Shown piece by piece: positions 54,540 to 63,969 of a stretch of DNA of 64,000 nucleotides. The position numbers were made by a program, and so were the translations under genes. Under the pieces are notes generated by a model that was not told where the DNA came from, did no database searches, and was given only the letters and a program-made list of their open reading frames with translations. Location of the stretch: the IMG/VR virus record IMGVR_UViG_3300032883_000034. One strand, 5' to 3'. Source of the stretch: a virus. Numbering within the stretch: position 1 is the stretch's first letter; each line of letters begins with the position of its first letter.

Positions 54540-54742
54540 GGCATTTCTCGGCACCGGCTACTCTGGCTTCCGATATACCCTTGTGTCGCATGTAATCCTT
54601 CATCTGCTCGACGGTATAGCCTTCCCTAGCCCAGTGCCTGTGGAGCGCCCGGACGACGATGCAGCCCAGCCTTGTGGGTATCTTGGGTTCGACCTCCCCG
54701 GCACAGGCCGGGGAAGCCAACAACATGAGAAGCAGAACAACC

Positions 54743-55414
54743 CTACTGGTTGCTAGCATACTGCCTGTGGTGGTACCTCGCGTAACGGGTGCGGTGAGCA
54801 TAATGTCCTCCTCCATGGACGAACCTAGCCCCCATCTCCCTGCCGCCAGAAGCGTCATAGGATACATGGACATGCCGCATCCTGCCGTAGTCCACGGAAT
54901 AGCCTCCCGGCCAGCCGTGCAGATGGGCATAGATGCAGCCGGAATTACCGGCGATATCGACCGCCTTGCCTGACGCATGTAGGCTGATATGGCGGGTGCC
55001 CGCGATATAGGTATGGCGCACCGCTGAAATGACCTTGGAGCCACAGTTCGATACAATCTCGGCTACCTTGTGCGCCAAGGGCGATACGATCCCTGCCACG
55101 GACGTAGTGGGCATATCCCGGTGGTGACGCCTATGGGGACGGATATTGGCCTTATGTCTGTAATCCAGACTGGCATATTGCCGTGTCTTGTAGACCTTTT
55201 GGGCTGATCCGAAGCCGCCCATGGCCTTGACGATACGTTCCCCTCTTGGGGAAGAGATTACACCGGCGCAGGGCCAGAGAACATTACAGTCGGGATGGGC
55301 CTGTGCGTAGGCAACTCTCTGATAATGGTAATGCCGGTGGCGATGCCGCGCTTCTGCGGTGGTGGAAGCTACGAATGTCAGTATGACGGTAGCGATGGAG
55401 AGGATGGTCTTCAT
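54743..55414 (-). CDS. Secreted peptidase M15-like cell-wall hydrolase (223 aa)
   Basis: Signal peptide MKTILSIATVILTFVASTTAEA. HISLHASGKAVDIAG and MRHVHVSYD (H...D...H zinc ligand pattern). Confidence 0.6.
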   Translation of the reverse strand: MKTILSIATVILTFVASTTAEARHRHRHYHYQRVAYAQAHPDCNVLWPCAGVISSPRGERIVKAMGGFGSAQKVYKTRQYASLDYRHKANIRPHRRHHRDMPTTSVAGIVSPLAHKVAEIVSNCGSKVISAVRHTYIAGTRHISLHASGKAVDIAGNSGCIYAHLHGWPGGYSVDYGRMRHVHVSYDASGGREMGARFVHGGGHYAHRTRYARYHHRQYASNQ

Positions 55415-55507
55415 CGTTTATGGTCCCTGTATCGTGATTGAGGGACACAGTTTACCAGCCTTGGAATAGGCAATTATAGTCTTGACAAACGGGTATTTTG
55501 CCGGTCG

Positions 55508-55840
55508 CTAATTCGGCTTTGCGGCGTTAATCTTTTCCAGAGTACGAACTCTGGACTCATGATCGGCAATAATTCCGGTTTGTTGGTTCTGGGTCTGCTG
55601 GATCAGCTTAACGGTGAAATTGGTGTCTTGTTCTCTTTCTCCAATGGAATCCACCTTAGATGCTATTTGATCGACGGAGTTTACGGCGCGAACCATCAAC
55701 CATCCCGCAATCGGCATGAAACAGGTAGCGCCTATAATGGCAAATCGCGCTATCAGCGTGACCCATACGTTAGACACCAGCTTTGCTCCTGTCGCATCGA
55801 TTGCCTCCGCTTCTTCTGGAGTATCATTACTTACTTTCAT
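55508..55840 (-). CDS. Type II membrane protein with periplasmic coiled coil (i-spanin-like), 110 aa
   Basis: One TM (WVTLIARFAIIGATCFMPIAGWLMV), then a coiled-coil-like tail. Lies in the lysis cluster. Confidence 0.4.
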   Translation of the reverse strand: MKVSNDTPEEAEAIDATGAKLVSNVWVTLIARFAIIGATCFMPIAGWLMVRAVNSVDQIASKVDSIGEREQDTNFTVKLIQQTQNQQTGIIADHESRVRTLEKINAAKPN

Positions 55841-56280
55841 CGCTTGATGATCCGGGTAATTCCAACGGCCCCTTCATACAGGAAATAGAAGCCCAGCACG
55901 ATGGATATGACCTGCCAAAGATTGGGGTCCAACGGATCGGTTACGAATGTCCCGCAAGTTCCCGGAGCCGTTTTACCAGAACATCCCAAGAATGCCCCTA
56001 TCACCTTATCGTAAAGGAAAACCTTAAGGAGAAAGGAGGCTGGTCCAAGGGCTATAAACGAGCGCACCCAGATATTCAGGCGAGAGGCCCCCGCTTCAGC
56101 AATCATCAGGTCGCGCTTGGCCTCAAGGGTTTTGACCCGCTCGGTAACAGCTATCTGCTCTTCCTGCGTCTTGGCATTGATAAGAGCGATCTTCTCGTTG
56201 GAGATAGCGTCGGTGATATGGTTGATGCTGCCGAAAAGACCGGCGATCAGCCCCGGAATGCCTGTGAGAAGTGCCCACAT
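55837..56280 (-). CDS. Holin candidate, 3-TM GTA-type (147 aa)
   Basis: N-terminal TM, charged helix (EEQIAVTERVKTLEAKRDLMIAEAGAS), two further TMs. Resembles the Holin-of-3TMs (DUF3154) layout. Confidence 0.45.
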   Translation of the reverse strand: MWALLTGIPGLIAGLFGSINHITDAISNEKIALINAKTQEEQIAVTERVKTLEAKRDLMIAEAGASRLNIWVRSFIALGPASFLLKVFLYDKVIGAFLGCSGKTAPGTCGTFVTDPLDPNLWQVISIVLGFYFLYEGAVGITRIIKR

Positions 56281-56282
56281 GG

Positions 56283-56540
56283 CTACAGGCTTACCAGTTT
56301 GACTACCGGGGGTTCTCCGGGCACGACCGGAGGCACGGTTACAGTCTCGGTAGAGCGCCTTCTGAGGTATTCCGTAATAAAGCCATTAAAGATCAGCCAG
56401 ATTGCCATGTATTTGGGATTGAGCAACGGAGACAGGTCACTGGCTGACAAAGCTACCCACAAAGAGCCAACCAAGACCTGAAGGCGACTCCAGAAGATGG
56501 TTTCCGAGTTCCTGAACCAGTTCTTGATCCGGGTCCACAT
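56283..56540 (-). CDS. Membrane protein (85 aa), holin/antiholin candidate
   Basis: Two hydrophobic segments. Lies in the lysis cluster. Confidence 0.4.
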   Translation of the reverse strand: MWTRIKNWFRNSETIFWSRLQVLVGSLWVALSASDLSPLLNPKYMAIWLIFNGFITEYLRRRSTETVTVPPVVPGEPPVVKLVSL

Positions 56541-56542
56541 GG

Positions 56543-56701
56543 CTATTTCTTCAAGGCGTCGATGGAGGCTTGAAGGCGGGATTTAAGCGCCTCGGCCCCG
56601 GAGAACGTCTTGATCATCCAATCCTTGCCTACCCAGATAATATAGGCACCGGCGGCGGCTCCGATCAGCGCCCCAAAGTCAAATGTAATCAGGCCCTTCA
56701 T
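56543..56701 (-). CDS. Small TM protein (52 aa)
   Basis: Internal ATG at 56701 forms an ATGA overlap with the endolysin stop. MKGLITFDFGALIGAAAGAYIIWV. Confidence 0.4.
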   Translation of the reverse strand: MKGLITFDFGALIGAAAGAYIIWVGKDWMIKTFSGAEALKSRLQASIDALKK

Positions 56702-57420
56702 GGTTTGCTCCTTTTGAAGATGGACAGGATAGCAGACATTATTCCTGATAACCATGATACCGGTTGTTGCGGCGCGGGAGGCACAATTACCGGTGGCACA
56801 GGAGGTTTCGGTATCGGGGCAGGTGCCGGTGCGGGGGCCGGGATGAGTTTTCCACCGATATTTATCGTCTTGTCCATGGCCGCCATGGCCATCAGCAGGC
56901 CCGCGCAACCTAGCTGCCGGTCTACCGCATTGGGATCGTAAACCCCGTCCCGGACGTACTTCCCGGAGGAATATTGGTCTGTCCCGGCCCAGATGTAGGG
57001 CGACGGCCTGCCCATGTTGGCGTATCCCATGCCGTTATAGCCCTCCAGCACCGTCAGGGTGCCGCCTACGGTCCAGTCTTTGTTGCGGGCGGCATACGGC
57101 GGGCAGTTCACAAGGGCGTCTACGGCGGCCTCCATCCATGAGGTAAAGGGGCCACGGCCCTTGGGAACGTGGACGGATACCGTATCCCATGGATCGCCTT
57201 GGGCTAGGCTTGCGGCCCAGTCCTGCGAGGACTCCCGCTGGTGGATCACGGCCACCACGAACCAAGGGACACCCGTCTTGGATTCAACTGCCTGATACCG
57301 TGCCTTGGCGATTGCGCCATCCAGCTTGGCGGCAATGAAGTCGAAATCGCTGCGGCGCAGCATCTTGGTGCTATTCCAGCGGAGGGTGTTGCGGGCCTTG
57401 AGCAGGTTCAGGTCTGTCAT
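56698..57420 (-). CDS. Putative endolysin (lysozyme-like) with Pro-rich linker and hydrophobic C-terminal tail (240 aa)
   Basis: VPWFVVAVIHQRESS (candidate catalytic Glu context). C-terminal PAPAPAPAPIPKPPVPPVIVPPAPQQPVSWLSGIMSAILSIF. Sits at the head of the lysis cluster. Confidence 0.5.
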   Translation of the reverse strand: MTDLNLLKARNTLRWNSTKMLRRSDFDFIAAKLDGAIAKARYQAVESKTGVPWFVVAVIHQRESSQDWAASLAQGDPWDTVSVHVPKGRGPFTSWMEAAVDALVNCPPYAARNKDWTVGGTLTVLEGYNGMGYANMGRPSPYIWAGTDQYSSGKYVRDGVYDPNAVDRQLGCAGLLMAMAAMDKTINIGGKLIPAPAPAPAPIPKPPVPPVIVPPAPQQPVSWLSGIMSAILSIFKRSKP

Positions 57421-57487
57421 TATCCTGCTTCCTATGAAGTTGATTACTCTGCTACTGGCCGCGATCTGGTTGGTAATACCCTATCCA

Positions 57488-59647
57488 TTAGGGCTGATTC
57501 TGTTCTTCATCTGCGTGACTTGGCATCGTTCCCTGAAGCGCCCTCATAACTGCCCCAGAATCGATTCCCATCGAAGTTAAACTATTGATCAGCCTTTCGG
57601 TGGCTATAGTCAGCGCCTTCTTTGAGGGAAGGGTATTATTCAGGGCTGCCTGTGCCTTCTGCCACCTATCCAAGGATTGATCGATGGTCGGCATCATCTG
57701 GGCAATTCTGCGAGCGTTTAAGGCCCTATCGACTACGGTAATACCACGTCCTGCAAGATTACCCGCCAAAGCCCCGAAGAGGCCTCCTATGTGACTTCCA
57801 ATCAGGGAGCCTATATGCGCTCTGGCGTTTTCGGAAATGCGCTGGAACATCGGCAGGTTCCAGTTCTGGATCGTTTTTTGGGGAGGAATCAGTTTCCTTT
57901 GCAGATCGGCATAGCGTTGCATTAACTGGCGCTCTGCCGGGGTAAATGCTTTTTCGGCAAGCGCCCTTCCTGATCCATTCAGAAACTTATCCAGTCTCGT
58001 AAATGCTTTTTGCGGACCTTCTCCAACCCCACCGGATTCAGTCAACCGCGACCATAGACCCTGACGAACGGCATCCCATTCTGGCGATTGTTCTCCGAAA
58101 ATACCCTTCAAATGATGGGTCAATCTCGCGGATAATCCGGATTTTCCAATATTGGCTGTACCGTATAGATAGTTGGCTATCTCTTCAGGAGTAGCTTTTT
58201 GTGCCTCAATTCCATTCCCGAGGATATGTCTCATGGCACGAGCCACATCGCCGTCGCGGGATAGGGGTGTATATAGCTTGCGGTATTCAGAATGTGCGGC
58301 GCGAGCATCCTTAAGCCATTGAAGAACTCGCGGATCGCCAGAAAATAAGCCTTCTTCTACCGCTCTTTCAATCTGACGATCAAAGGCATGAAGAACCGCT
58401 TGAGTAGCGCGGGTGTCTGCGTCAGGAGGCCACTTCTTTGCATCCTTGGTGAACTGGACAAGACCCTTTCTGGTTTCGTCTACTCCTTCAAGGGTTATCC
58501 CGGAAAGAATACCCTTGTCCGGATTGGTTTCAGCAGGATTGGGTACACCTTGAGTAGTCGCCCGGTTTTCAATCTTTAGCCTGTTTATATTCTCCTCAAT
58601 ATAATCAAGCGCATCTGCTGCGGTCGATGTTTTTAGTCTATCAATTCTTACTGGAGGATTGGTTCCAAGATCGAGATCATTTTTTATCCTGTCTGCGATT
58701 CCTTCGAAAGTATCCCTACGAAACTCTCCGGGGGTTGTTCTTACTTTCTCATATAATTGATCTGCCCTTGCTTTAGCGGCGGCGGCACGTTCTGCCACTT
58801 GCGCGGAAATCATTTCTCCAGATTCATATGAGCCGGGGACAATTTCCTGTCCAAACCGGTCGAAACTGCGACCAATACCACTTCTGGCGGCTTCAAGCGC
58901 ATCCTGCTGTTCGGTAAGACGTTGCTCGGCAAGTTTTTGTGATTTTTCGCCTCTAGCGCCACGAAGAGCGGCTTGTTCTTCTGTGAGCGCGGTCGTATCT
59001 CCCGCCGCCTGTCCAACGGTAAGAGGAACATCGAAATCGCCAATGGTTTCAGGTGGAGGTACCGTAACCGATGGTCTGACAGGTGCTGGTCCCACTCCCC
59101 AATTCTTGCCGGGTTGCCATTTGGTGCCATGGAACCCGCTAGGAAACCGTCCCGAAAAACTAGGAATAGGTGCGCCAGCAGGACGCATTGCACCCATTGC
59201 CTTGCCTACATCTTCCTTGGCGGTTTCATACATTGCCTCTGGATTATCATGAGCCGCAACTTCTGGATTAATCAGGGTTCCGATGCCATGTTCGGCCCAT
59301 GCCATTGGACGACCAATAAGGGACTGCGCCGTTCCCGTAAAAGGGGAGGCCAAGGTTCTAAGAGCGCCCCCAGCTCTGCCCAAGGTTTGCATTGGACCGG
59401 CTATCGGACCCTGATCGCTTCTTGATTCCTCCGGAAACATCTGTCCCCAGCCTTTGGCGGCCTCTTCACCAATGGCATTGGGAATTCCAGTAATCGGACT
59501 CCACAAAGAATTATCTTCTGTTTTTCCTTCAGATGGTGACTTGAATAAGTCCTCATCGCTGAAACCGGCGCTTTCTTTTGGCTTTATTGTAATACCTGTC
59601 TGTTTGCCAAACAGGTCTTCATCGGAAAAGCCGTCTTTCCCACTCAT
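57488..59647 (-). CDS. Large internal-virion / ejection-type protein (719 aa)
   Basis: ATG at 59647 forms ATGA with the upstream stop. N-terminal duplicated GFSDEDLF motif. No enzymatic motif recognised. Confidence 0.5.
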   Translation of the reverse strand: MSGKDGFSDEDLFGKQTGITIKPKESAGFSDEDLFKSPSEGKTEDNSLWSPITGIPNAIGEEAAKGWGQMFPEESRSDQGPIAGPMQTLGRAGGALRTLASPFTGTAQSLIGRPMAWAEHGIGTLINPEVAAHDNPEAMYETAKEDVGKAMGAMRPAGAPIPSFSGRFPSGFHGTKWQPGKNWGVGPAPVRPSVTVPPPETIGDFDVPLTVGQAAGDTTALTEEQAALRGARGEKSQKLAEQRLTEQQDALEAARSGIGRSFDRFGQEIVPGSYESGEMISAQVAERAAAAKARADQLYEKVRTTPGEFRRDTFEGIADRIKNDLDLGTNPPVRIDRLKTSTAADALDYIEENINRLKIENRATTQGVPNPAETNPDKGILSGITLEGVDETRKGLVQFTKDAKKWPPDADTRATQAVLHAFDRQIERAVEEGLFSGDPRVLQWLKDARAAHSEYRKLYTPLSRDGDVARAMRHILGNGIEAQKATPEEIANYLYGTANIGKSGLSARLTHHLKGIFGEQSPEWDAVRQGLWSRLTESGGVGEGPQKAFTRLDKFLNGSGRALAEKAFTPAERQLMQRYADLQRKLIPPQKTIQNWNLPMFQRISENARAHIGSLIGSHIGGLFGALAGNLAGRGITVVDRALNARRIAQMMPTIDQSLDRWQKAQAALNNTLPSKKALTIATERLINSLTSMGIDSGAVMRALQGTMPSHADEEQNQP

Positions 59648-62127
59648 TGTGGAAACCACTTCTGTTTTTCAGCGTTCCATACCATGACCCCCTTCGGGGT
59701 AGGCAGTCGCATTCCATTCGGACGATTTTCCGGTGGCGTTTTCATGATCCTTATTGCACCTTCTTTCAGAAGGGCTTGCCGGGGGTCTTCTGATCCTTCG
59801 ATCTTTCTCAATTGAGAAATCGCCGCAGGACCAAGCTTGGTTTCAAAGTCCTTGCGACCAGTATCTGCCTCATATCTCTTCTTGGCACCAGCAATCTGAC
59901 CAGCTAGTAATTCTTGCCAAATTCCAATGGCTCCATGAACCTTGTTCTTGGCAATGTCGGCGCTGACGGCCCTTGCCGCTTCCTGACGTTCGGTGACACC
60001 CGATACCGTACCAACAACCGCCTTGATAACTTCGGCTCCGACGATCTGTTTTGCCGCAGTCATGTTGTTGGGGAGTGGATCACCCATAAAATGGCTATTC
60101 CAGTAGTTTCTGGCGGCATTATAGGCTTCGATGTTGCCGTTATTGAGTGCGTCGGCGGCCCGTCCCAAGACATCCATATGAGAAAGAGCGACGTTTTGCG
60201 ATTGGATGGCTCTGGCTGTCGGTCCTCTGACGAATTCATTCAGCGCAGCTTGACGCTTGGGATATTCCTGCATATTGAACGAAGGATCATATGTAGCAAC
60301 ATCGCCAATGAATTTAGCGCGTTTATCGCCCTTGTAGTTATTAAACATTCTAACCGGGTCTAGTTCGTAATTAGCTGCCTTCCTGATATCATTCGCATAG
60401 GTAGGATTCTGATCTTCAACCGCCTTGATGAATTCCTGATTTCTTCCGGCTTCTTGCGGATTCATCTTGCTTGCGTCAAATCTTTCATTGAACGGTGCCG
60501 GTGGTGCAGTCTTAGCCGCTGGGGCTGTTGTCTGCCCTCCAGCACCGGGAGTGCCAACTACCGGGCCGGTTGACCCGTCTGGGTTTAATTGATGCAGTTC
60601 AATCCTTCCATCGGGGGTAAGCACCCTCCTGACGGTAAGGGGAGGGGCATATTCACCGGCAGGGTTTGGAATCTGGATTGGCTTGGCCAATTCTGCTTGC
60701 TGCCAGAATTTCTGATCTTCCGTCGCCTCTCCCTTGGTGTCCTGTCCCCGCTTCGTTAACTGTAGTGCAGCCAATTGACGTTGGGCTTCGAAGTTGCCCT
60801 TCTCGGCCTCATGTTGAAGTTCGTATTCCTTGCGGGCTTCTTCCCGTTGCGATTTCTCGTCTGCCAAGCCAGCGCCCAGACCGGTCCCGATAGTGGAAAT
60901 GGCAGGAAGAGGAACGCCGTTTGAATCGGTCTTGCCGTAGTTAGCCAGCATTCCGATCCCTGATTTTATGAGAAAGTCAGACCAGTCACGCGGTCTTGGC
61001 TGATAAGGGGAGTAATGCGGGACTGTAGGCATATTGATTTCGGTATCCGCATTCTTTTTCCGTGCGCTGATATCGGTATCTTCGTCTTCTGAAGGAGGTA
61101 CCGCAGTTATTCCTCTCGGAGTGGCGGCAAAACCAAGGGCTTGAGCAGCCATTGGATTGTTTTGCCGTTCGGCTTGGATGGCTTCAGGAGAATAAGGTTG
61201 GGTTATCTGAGAAGGCAGGTTCTTGTATACATCGCTATTTGGATCGGTAGCATCAATATTGGTATAGGTCGTGGGTGGACCTCCATCCTCAAAGTGTTGG
61301 ACATCCCAAGGATTGACGGAGCCGCCAGAGGCGAAGCCCGGTCCATAAAAAGCACCGCCCGTATTATTAGCCAGCGTATTGGCGGAAGCACCAGCGGCAG
61401 CATCTCCGCCGCCGCCTCCCCCCATCATGCCCTTAAGACCAGAGGTAAAGGGAAGGGAAGCGCCGCCTGTGAAGGCACCCAAAGCGAGGGAACCAAGACC
61501 CGCTATGGCGCTTAGGGGCGATTGTTGGGTAGTGGTTTGCTGATCCTGATTTTGTGTTCCCTGTGAATTGGTGCCGATGGCAGGCATCAGTCCAGCGATG
61601 ATTCCGGCTTGGCTCTTGGCTGCATTGCCGGGGGCGTTCTGGCCTGCGGACCAGAGATTACCCAGATTCTGCTCTGCGGTTGTGGCGTTCTGATTGGCTT
61701 GGTTATAGATACCGCCCATGAGCTGGCCACGGGCAAGCTGGTCCTGTTGGCGATTGAGGGACTCGGTAATAGCCCCGCGATCACCCCCGACGCCGCCGAT
61801 AGCCGCTTGGTTGGCGCTGGCCAGCTTGGTATCCCCGATCCCAAGATTCTGATTAAGCCCTGAAAGCATGTATTGGGCATAGGGATTCAGGAATTGGGAT
61901 ACGTCGCCTTGGGCTTGCCGGTTGGCGATGTCGTTGGCGGTGCTTAGGTTCGGATTGGTAGTGGCATAGTTCTGTAGGGCGCTTTGATACAGGCCGGGGA
62001 AGGCACCTTGGGTGGTCCCCAAGAGGCCAGTCGCGGCACCATAGGCCGGGGCATTGCCCTGCGTAGTCTGATTGGTTTGCGTATTGGTCTTAACGTCCTT
62101 GCTGCCACCGCTTAATAGACTACCCAT
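59644..62127 (-). CDS. Large Gln/Gly/Asn-rich internal-virion-type protein (827 aa)
   Basis: I used the start at ATG 62127, overlapping the GNAT stop by 8 nt, rather than the track start at 62229. Confidence 0.5.
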   Translation of the reverse strand: MGSLLSGGSKDVKTNTQTNQTTQGNAPAYGAATGLLGTTQGAFPGLYQSALQNYATTNPNLSTANDIANRQAQGDVSQFLNPYAQYMLSGLNQNLGIGDTKLASANQAAIGGVGGDRGAITESLNRQQDQLARGQLMGGIYNQANQNATTAEQNLGNLWSAGQNAPGNAAKSQAGIIAGLMPAIGTNSQGTQNQDQQTTTQQSPLSAIAGLGSLALGAFTGGASLPFTSGLKGMMGGGGGGDAAAGASANTLANNTGGAFYGPGFASGGSVNPWDVQHFEDGGPPTTYTNIDATDPNSDVYKNLPSQITQPYSPEAIQAERQNNPMAAQALGFAATPRGITAVPPSEDEDTDISARKKNADTEINMPTVPHYSPYQPRPRDWSDFLIKSGIGMLANYGKTDSNGVPLPAISTIGTGLGAGLADEKSQREEARKEYELQHEAEKGNFEAQRQLAALQLTKRGQDTKGEATEDQKFWQQAELAKPIQIPNPAGEYAPPLTVRRVLTPDGRIELHQLNPDGSTGPVVGTPGAGGQTTAPAAKTAPPAPFNERFDASKMNPQEAGRNQEFIKAVEDQNPTYANDIRKAANYELDPVRMFNNYKGDKRAKFIGDVATYDPSFNMQEYPKRQAALNEFVRGPTARAIQSQNVALSHMDVLGRAADALNNGNIEAYNAARNYWNSHFMGDPLPNNMTAAKQIVGAEVIKAVVGTVSGVTERQEAARAVSADIAKNKVHGAIGIWQELLAGQIAGAKKRYEADTGRKDFETKLGPAAISQLRKIEGSEDPRQALLKEGAIRIMKTPPENRPNGMRLPTPKGVMVWNAEKQKWFPQ

Positions 62128-62614
62128 GGGACAGTGCCTTTGGCCTCTGGAGGTAGAATTCTCCAGCTTTGGGGAATTTGCGCCGATATAGGCGGCATTT
62201 AGCTTCAGTTCTCTGATTGGACACGACACCGGTAACCAAGGGCAGGCCGGTAATCTCTACCTGTTCCTTCATCCAGTCCAAGAGAGCGTCAACATGGTCA
62301 GAGTGACGGAATTCAGGATCAACGTAAACCATGAATTCCTCGATATGCTTCTCGTCAGAATACCAGATTTCCCCAATAGTTACAAAGACGAGGGCTTCTA
62401 GGTGGCCAACCGGGCCAATAACCCCGATGCAGCCACGTACCCCGGTATCGCCGGGAGGGATCAGCTCCGGATGCAAGGCTCTTCCGAGGAACCATTCGAC
62501 CTTTCTAGGCGAAAGAGAGAACAGGGCATTCTCGTTGTGGCTTTGCAGAAAAAGCCGATAAATTTCAACAAAGTCATCATGGCCTGCAATGCGAACGATG
62601 GATGGCACGGTCAT
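62120..62614 (-). CDS. GNAT-like acetyltransferase (164 aa)
   Basis: Fold-level pattern only (FMVYVDPEFRHSDHVDALLDWMKE...). Confidence 0.4.
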   Translation of the reverse strand: MTVPSIVRIAGHDDFVEIYRLFLQSHNENALFSLSPRKVEWFLGRALHPELIPPGDTGVRGCIGVIGPVGHLEALVFVTIGEIWYSDEKHIEEFMVYVDPEFRHSDHVDALLDWMKEQVEITGLPLVTGVVSNQRTEAKCRLYRRKFPKAGEFYLQRPKALSHG

Positions 62615-62647
62615 TGACTTTTAGCCTATGTTGGATACTATGATGTT

Positions 62648-63166
62648 ATGACTTACGAACAGCTCTCTAAGCTCTTTTCTTACAACCCCGAAACGGGAGA
62701 ATTGCGATGGAAAAGAAGGGAATTGCGTAAAGGACTGGAGCGCCTTGATAAAGGCTGGAATACGCGATTTGAGAATAAAGTTACTGGTAGGCCACATCGG
62801 CACGGTCATTTGCAGATTAACTTGTTTTATAAAAATCGTATGGCCCACCATATAGCTTGGTGCCTGTTTTATAGAAAATGGCCACCATCCTCTATTGATC
62901 ACATTAATAGGAATCCAGCGGATAATCGGATTTCTAATTTGAGACTTGCATCCCAATCCGAAAATATGTGCAATACCAAGATCAGGACGGATAATACGTC
63001 CGGCACCAAGGGTGTTTCTTGGAATAAAAAACATAAAAAATGGTATGCTTATATTAACAAAGATCATCGAATGTATCCTCTTGGATTGTTTAAGGATAAA
63101 TCGATAGCAATTAACGCCAGAAAACAGGCTGAAGAAAAATTCTTTGGAGATTTTGCTGCTAAATGA
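62648..63166 (+). CDS. HNH (HNH_3) homing endonuclease with AP2-like domain
   Basis: FSYNPETGELRWK...DHINRNPADNRISNLRLASQSENMCN...GVSWNKKHKKWYAYI...ARKQAEEKFFGDFA. Opposite strand to flanks; AT-rich. Confidence 0.8.
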   Translation: MTYEQLSKLFSYNPETGELRWKRRELRKGLERLDKGWNTRFENKVTGRPHRHGHLQINLFYKNRMAHHIAWCLFYRKWPPSSIDHINRNPADNRISNLRLASQSENMCNTKIRTDNTSGTKGVSWNKKHKKWYAYINKDHRMYPLGLFKDKSIAINARKQAEEKFFGDFAAK

Positions 63167-63168
63167 CA

Positions 63169-63969
63169 TTAGTTTTTCTTTGGACCCTTCAATCCCTTTG
63201 AAGTTTTGATTAACTGCTTTCTTGTTTTTAATACAAATTTGTCTAATTCATTATGTCCCTTATCTAAATCTCCATGCCCGATGTTAATAGCGTCCTCCGG
63301 GGGAATTACATATTCTCCACCTGCGGCCACAATAGGTATCAATCCTTGATCTTTTGGCGGTTTAATTCCAGCCTTGCGACCCTCTGCTCTATATTGAGCA
63401 AGAGTATACTTCATTACTTCATTGCCGCCCAAGGTGTTGCCTTCGGCAAGAGCGGAGATTGTGTCGCTCGGCACAATGTAGCTTCCTGCCTTTACGGATA
63501 TCGGCAGCTTATCAGTCCTTCCCGGAATAGCACTGGCTAATAGTCCGGAGATATGCGGCTTGTGGTTCTCCAGCCTACCCAGACCGGTTTCATCCAGCTT
63601 TCCGCCTTGGGCGTACTTCTTGGCTGCCCGAAGAGCGCGGTCTAAAACGCCTCCTCCCGTCGCATAATTCTCAATCCGCTTTTTAGTATTGCCCTTTTCC
63701 AACCAATCGCGAAATTCCGCCATACTCATACGGCGCATGTGCTTAATACGATTCTTGCCGTCAGAAAATCCAGATAGATAAGTTTTGCGAGCTTCTGCCT
63801 TCGAAGAAAATCCAAGCATACATTTATGCTCGTCAAATCTTCCGGTTTCGGCATCCTTTTGATCAATTACAAACACCTGATCTGATTTTTCGTTCGGACC
63901 AAGATAAACATCAACATGATCCCCATCAGCGCCTTCGGTACGCTTGATGTAACCATAATGCGCGGGCAT
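63169..63969 (-). CDS. Internal head / polyvalent-type protein (266 aa from first ATG; frame stays open to the right window edge)
   Basis: GADGDHVDVYLG...FDEHKCMLGF block as seen in phage polyvalent proteins (from memory). ENYATGGGVLDR and KKYAQGGKLDE motifs. No in-frame stop occurs between 63969 and 63999. Confidence 0.5.
   Translation of the reverse strand: MPAHYGYIKRTEGADGDHVDVYLGPNEKSDQVFVIDQKDAETGRFDEHKCMLGFSSKAEARKTYLSGFSDGKNRIKHMRRMSMAEFRDWLEKGNTKKRIENYATGGGVLDRALRAAKKYAQGGKLDETGLGRLENHKPHISGLLASAIPGRTDKLPISVKAGSYIVPSDTISALAEGNTLGGNEVMKYTLAQYRAEGRKAGIKPPKDQGLIPIVAAGGEYVIPPEDAINIGHGDLDKGHNELDKFVLKTRKQLIKTSKGLKGPKKN

Noticed and set aside
54532-55056. 174-aa minus ORF overlapping the M15 peptidase gene
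   Set aside because: It is in a different frame from the 223-aa ORF, which has a signal peptide and zinc-ligand motifs. Its sequence is Arg/Ala/Pro-rich.
62621-63169. 182-aa minus-strand ORF opposite the HNH-AP2 gene; likewise 16249-16728 opposite the Zn-finger HNH gene
   Set aside because: The + strand translations carry complete HNH/AP2 motifs. The antisense translations are Phe/Ile/Ser-rich products of AT-rich DNA.
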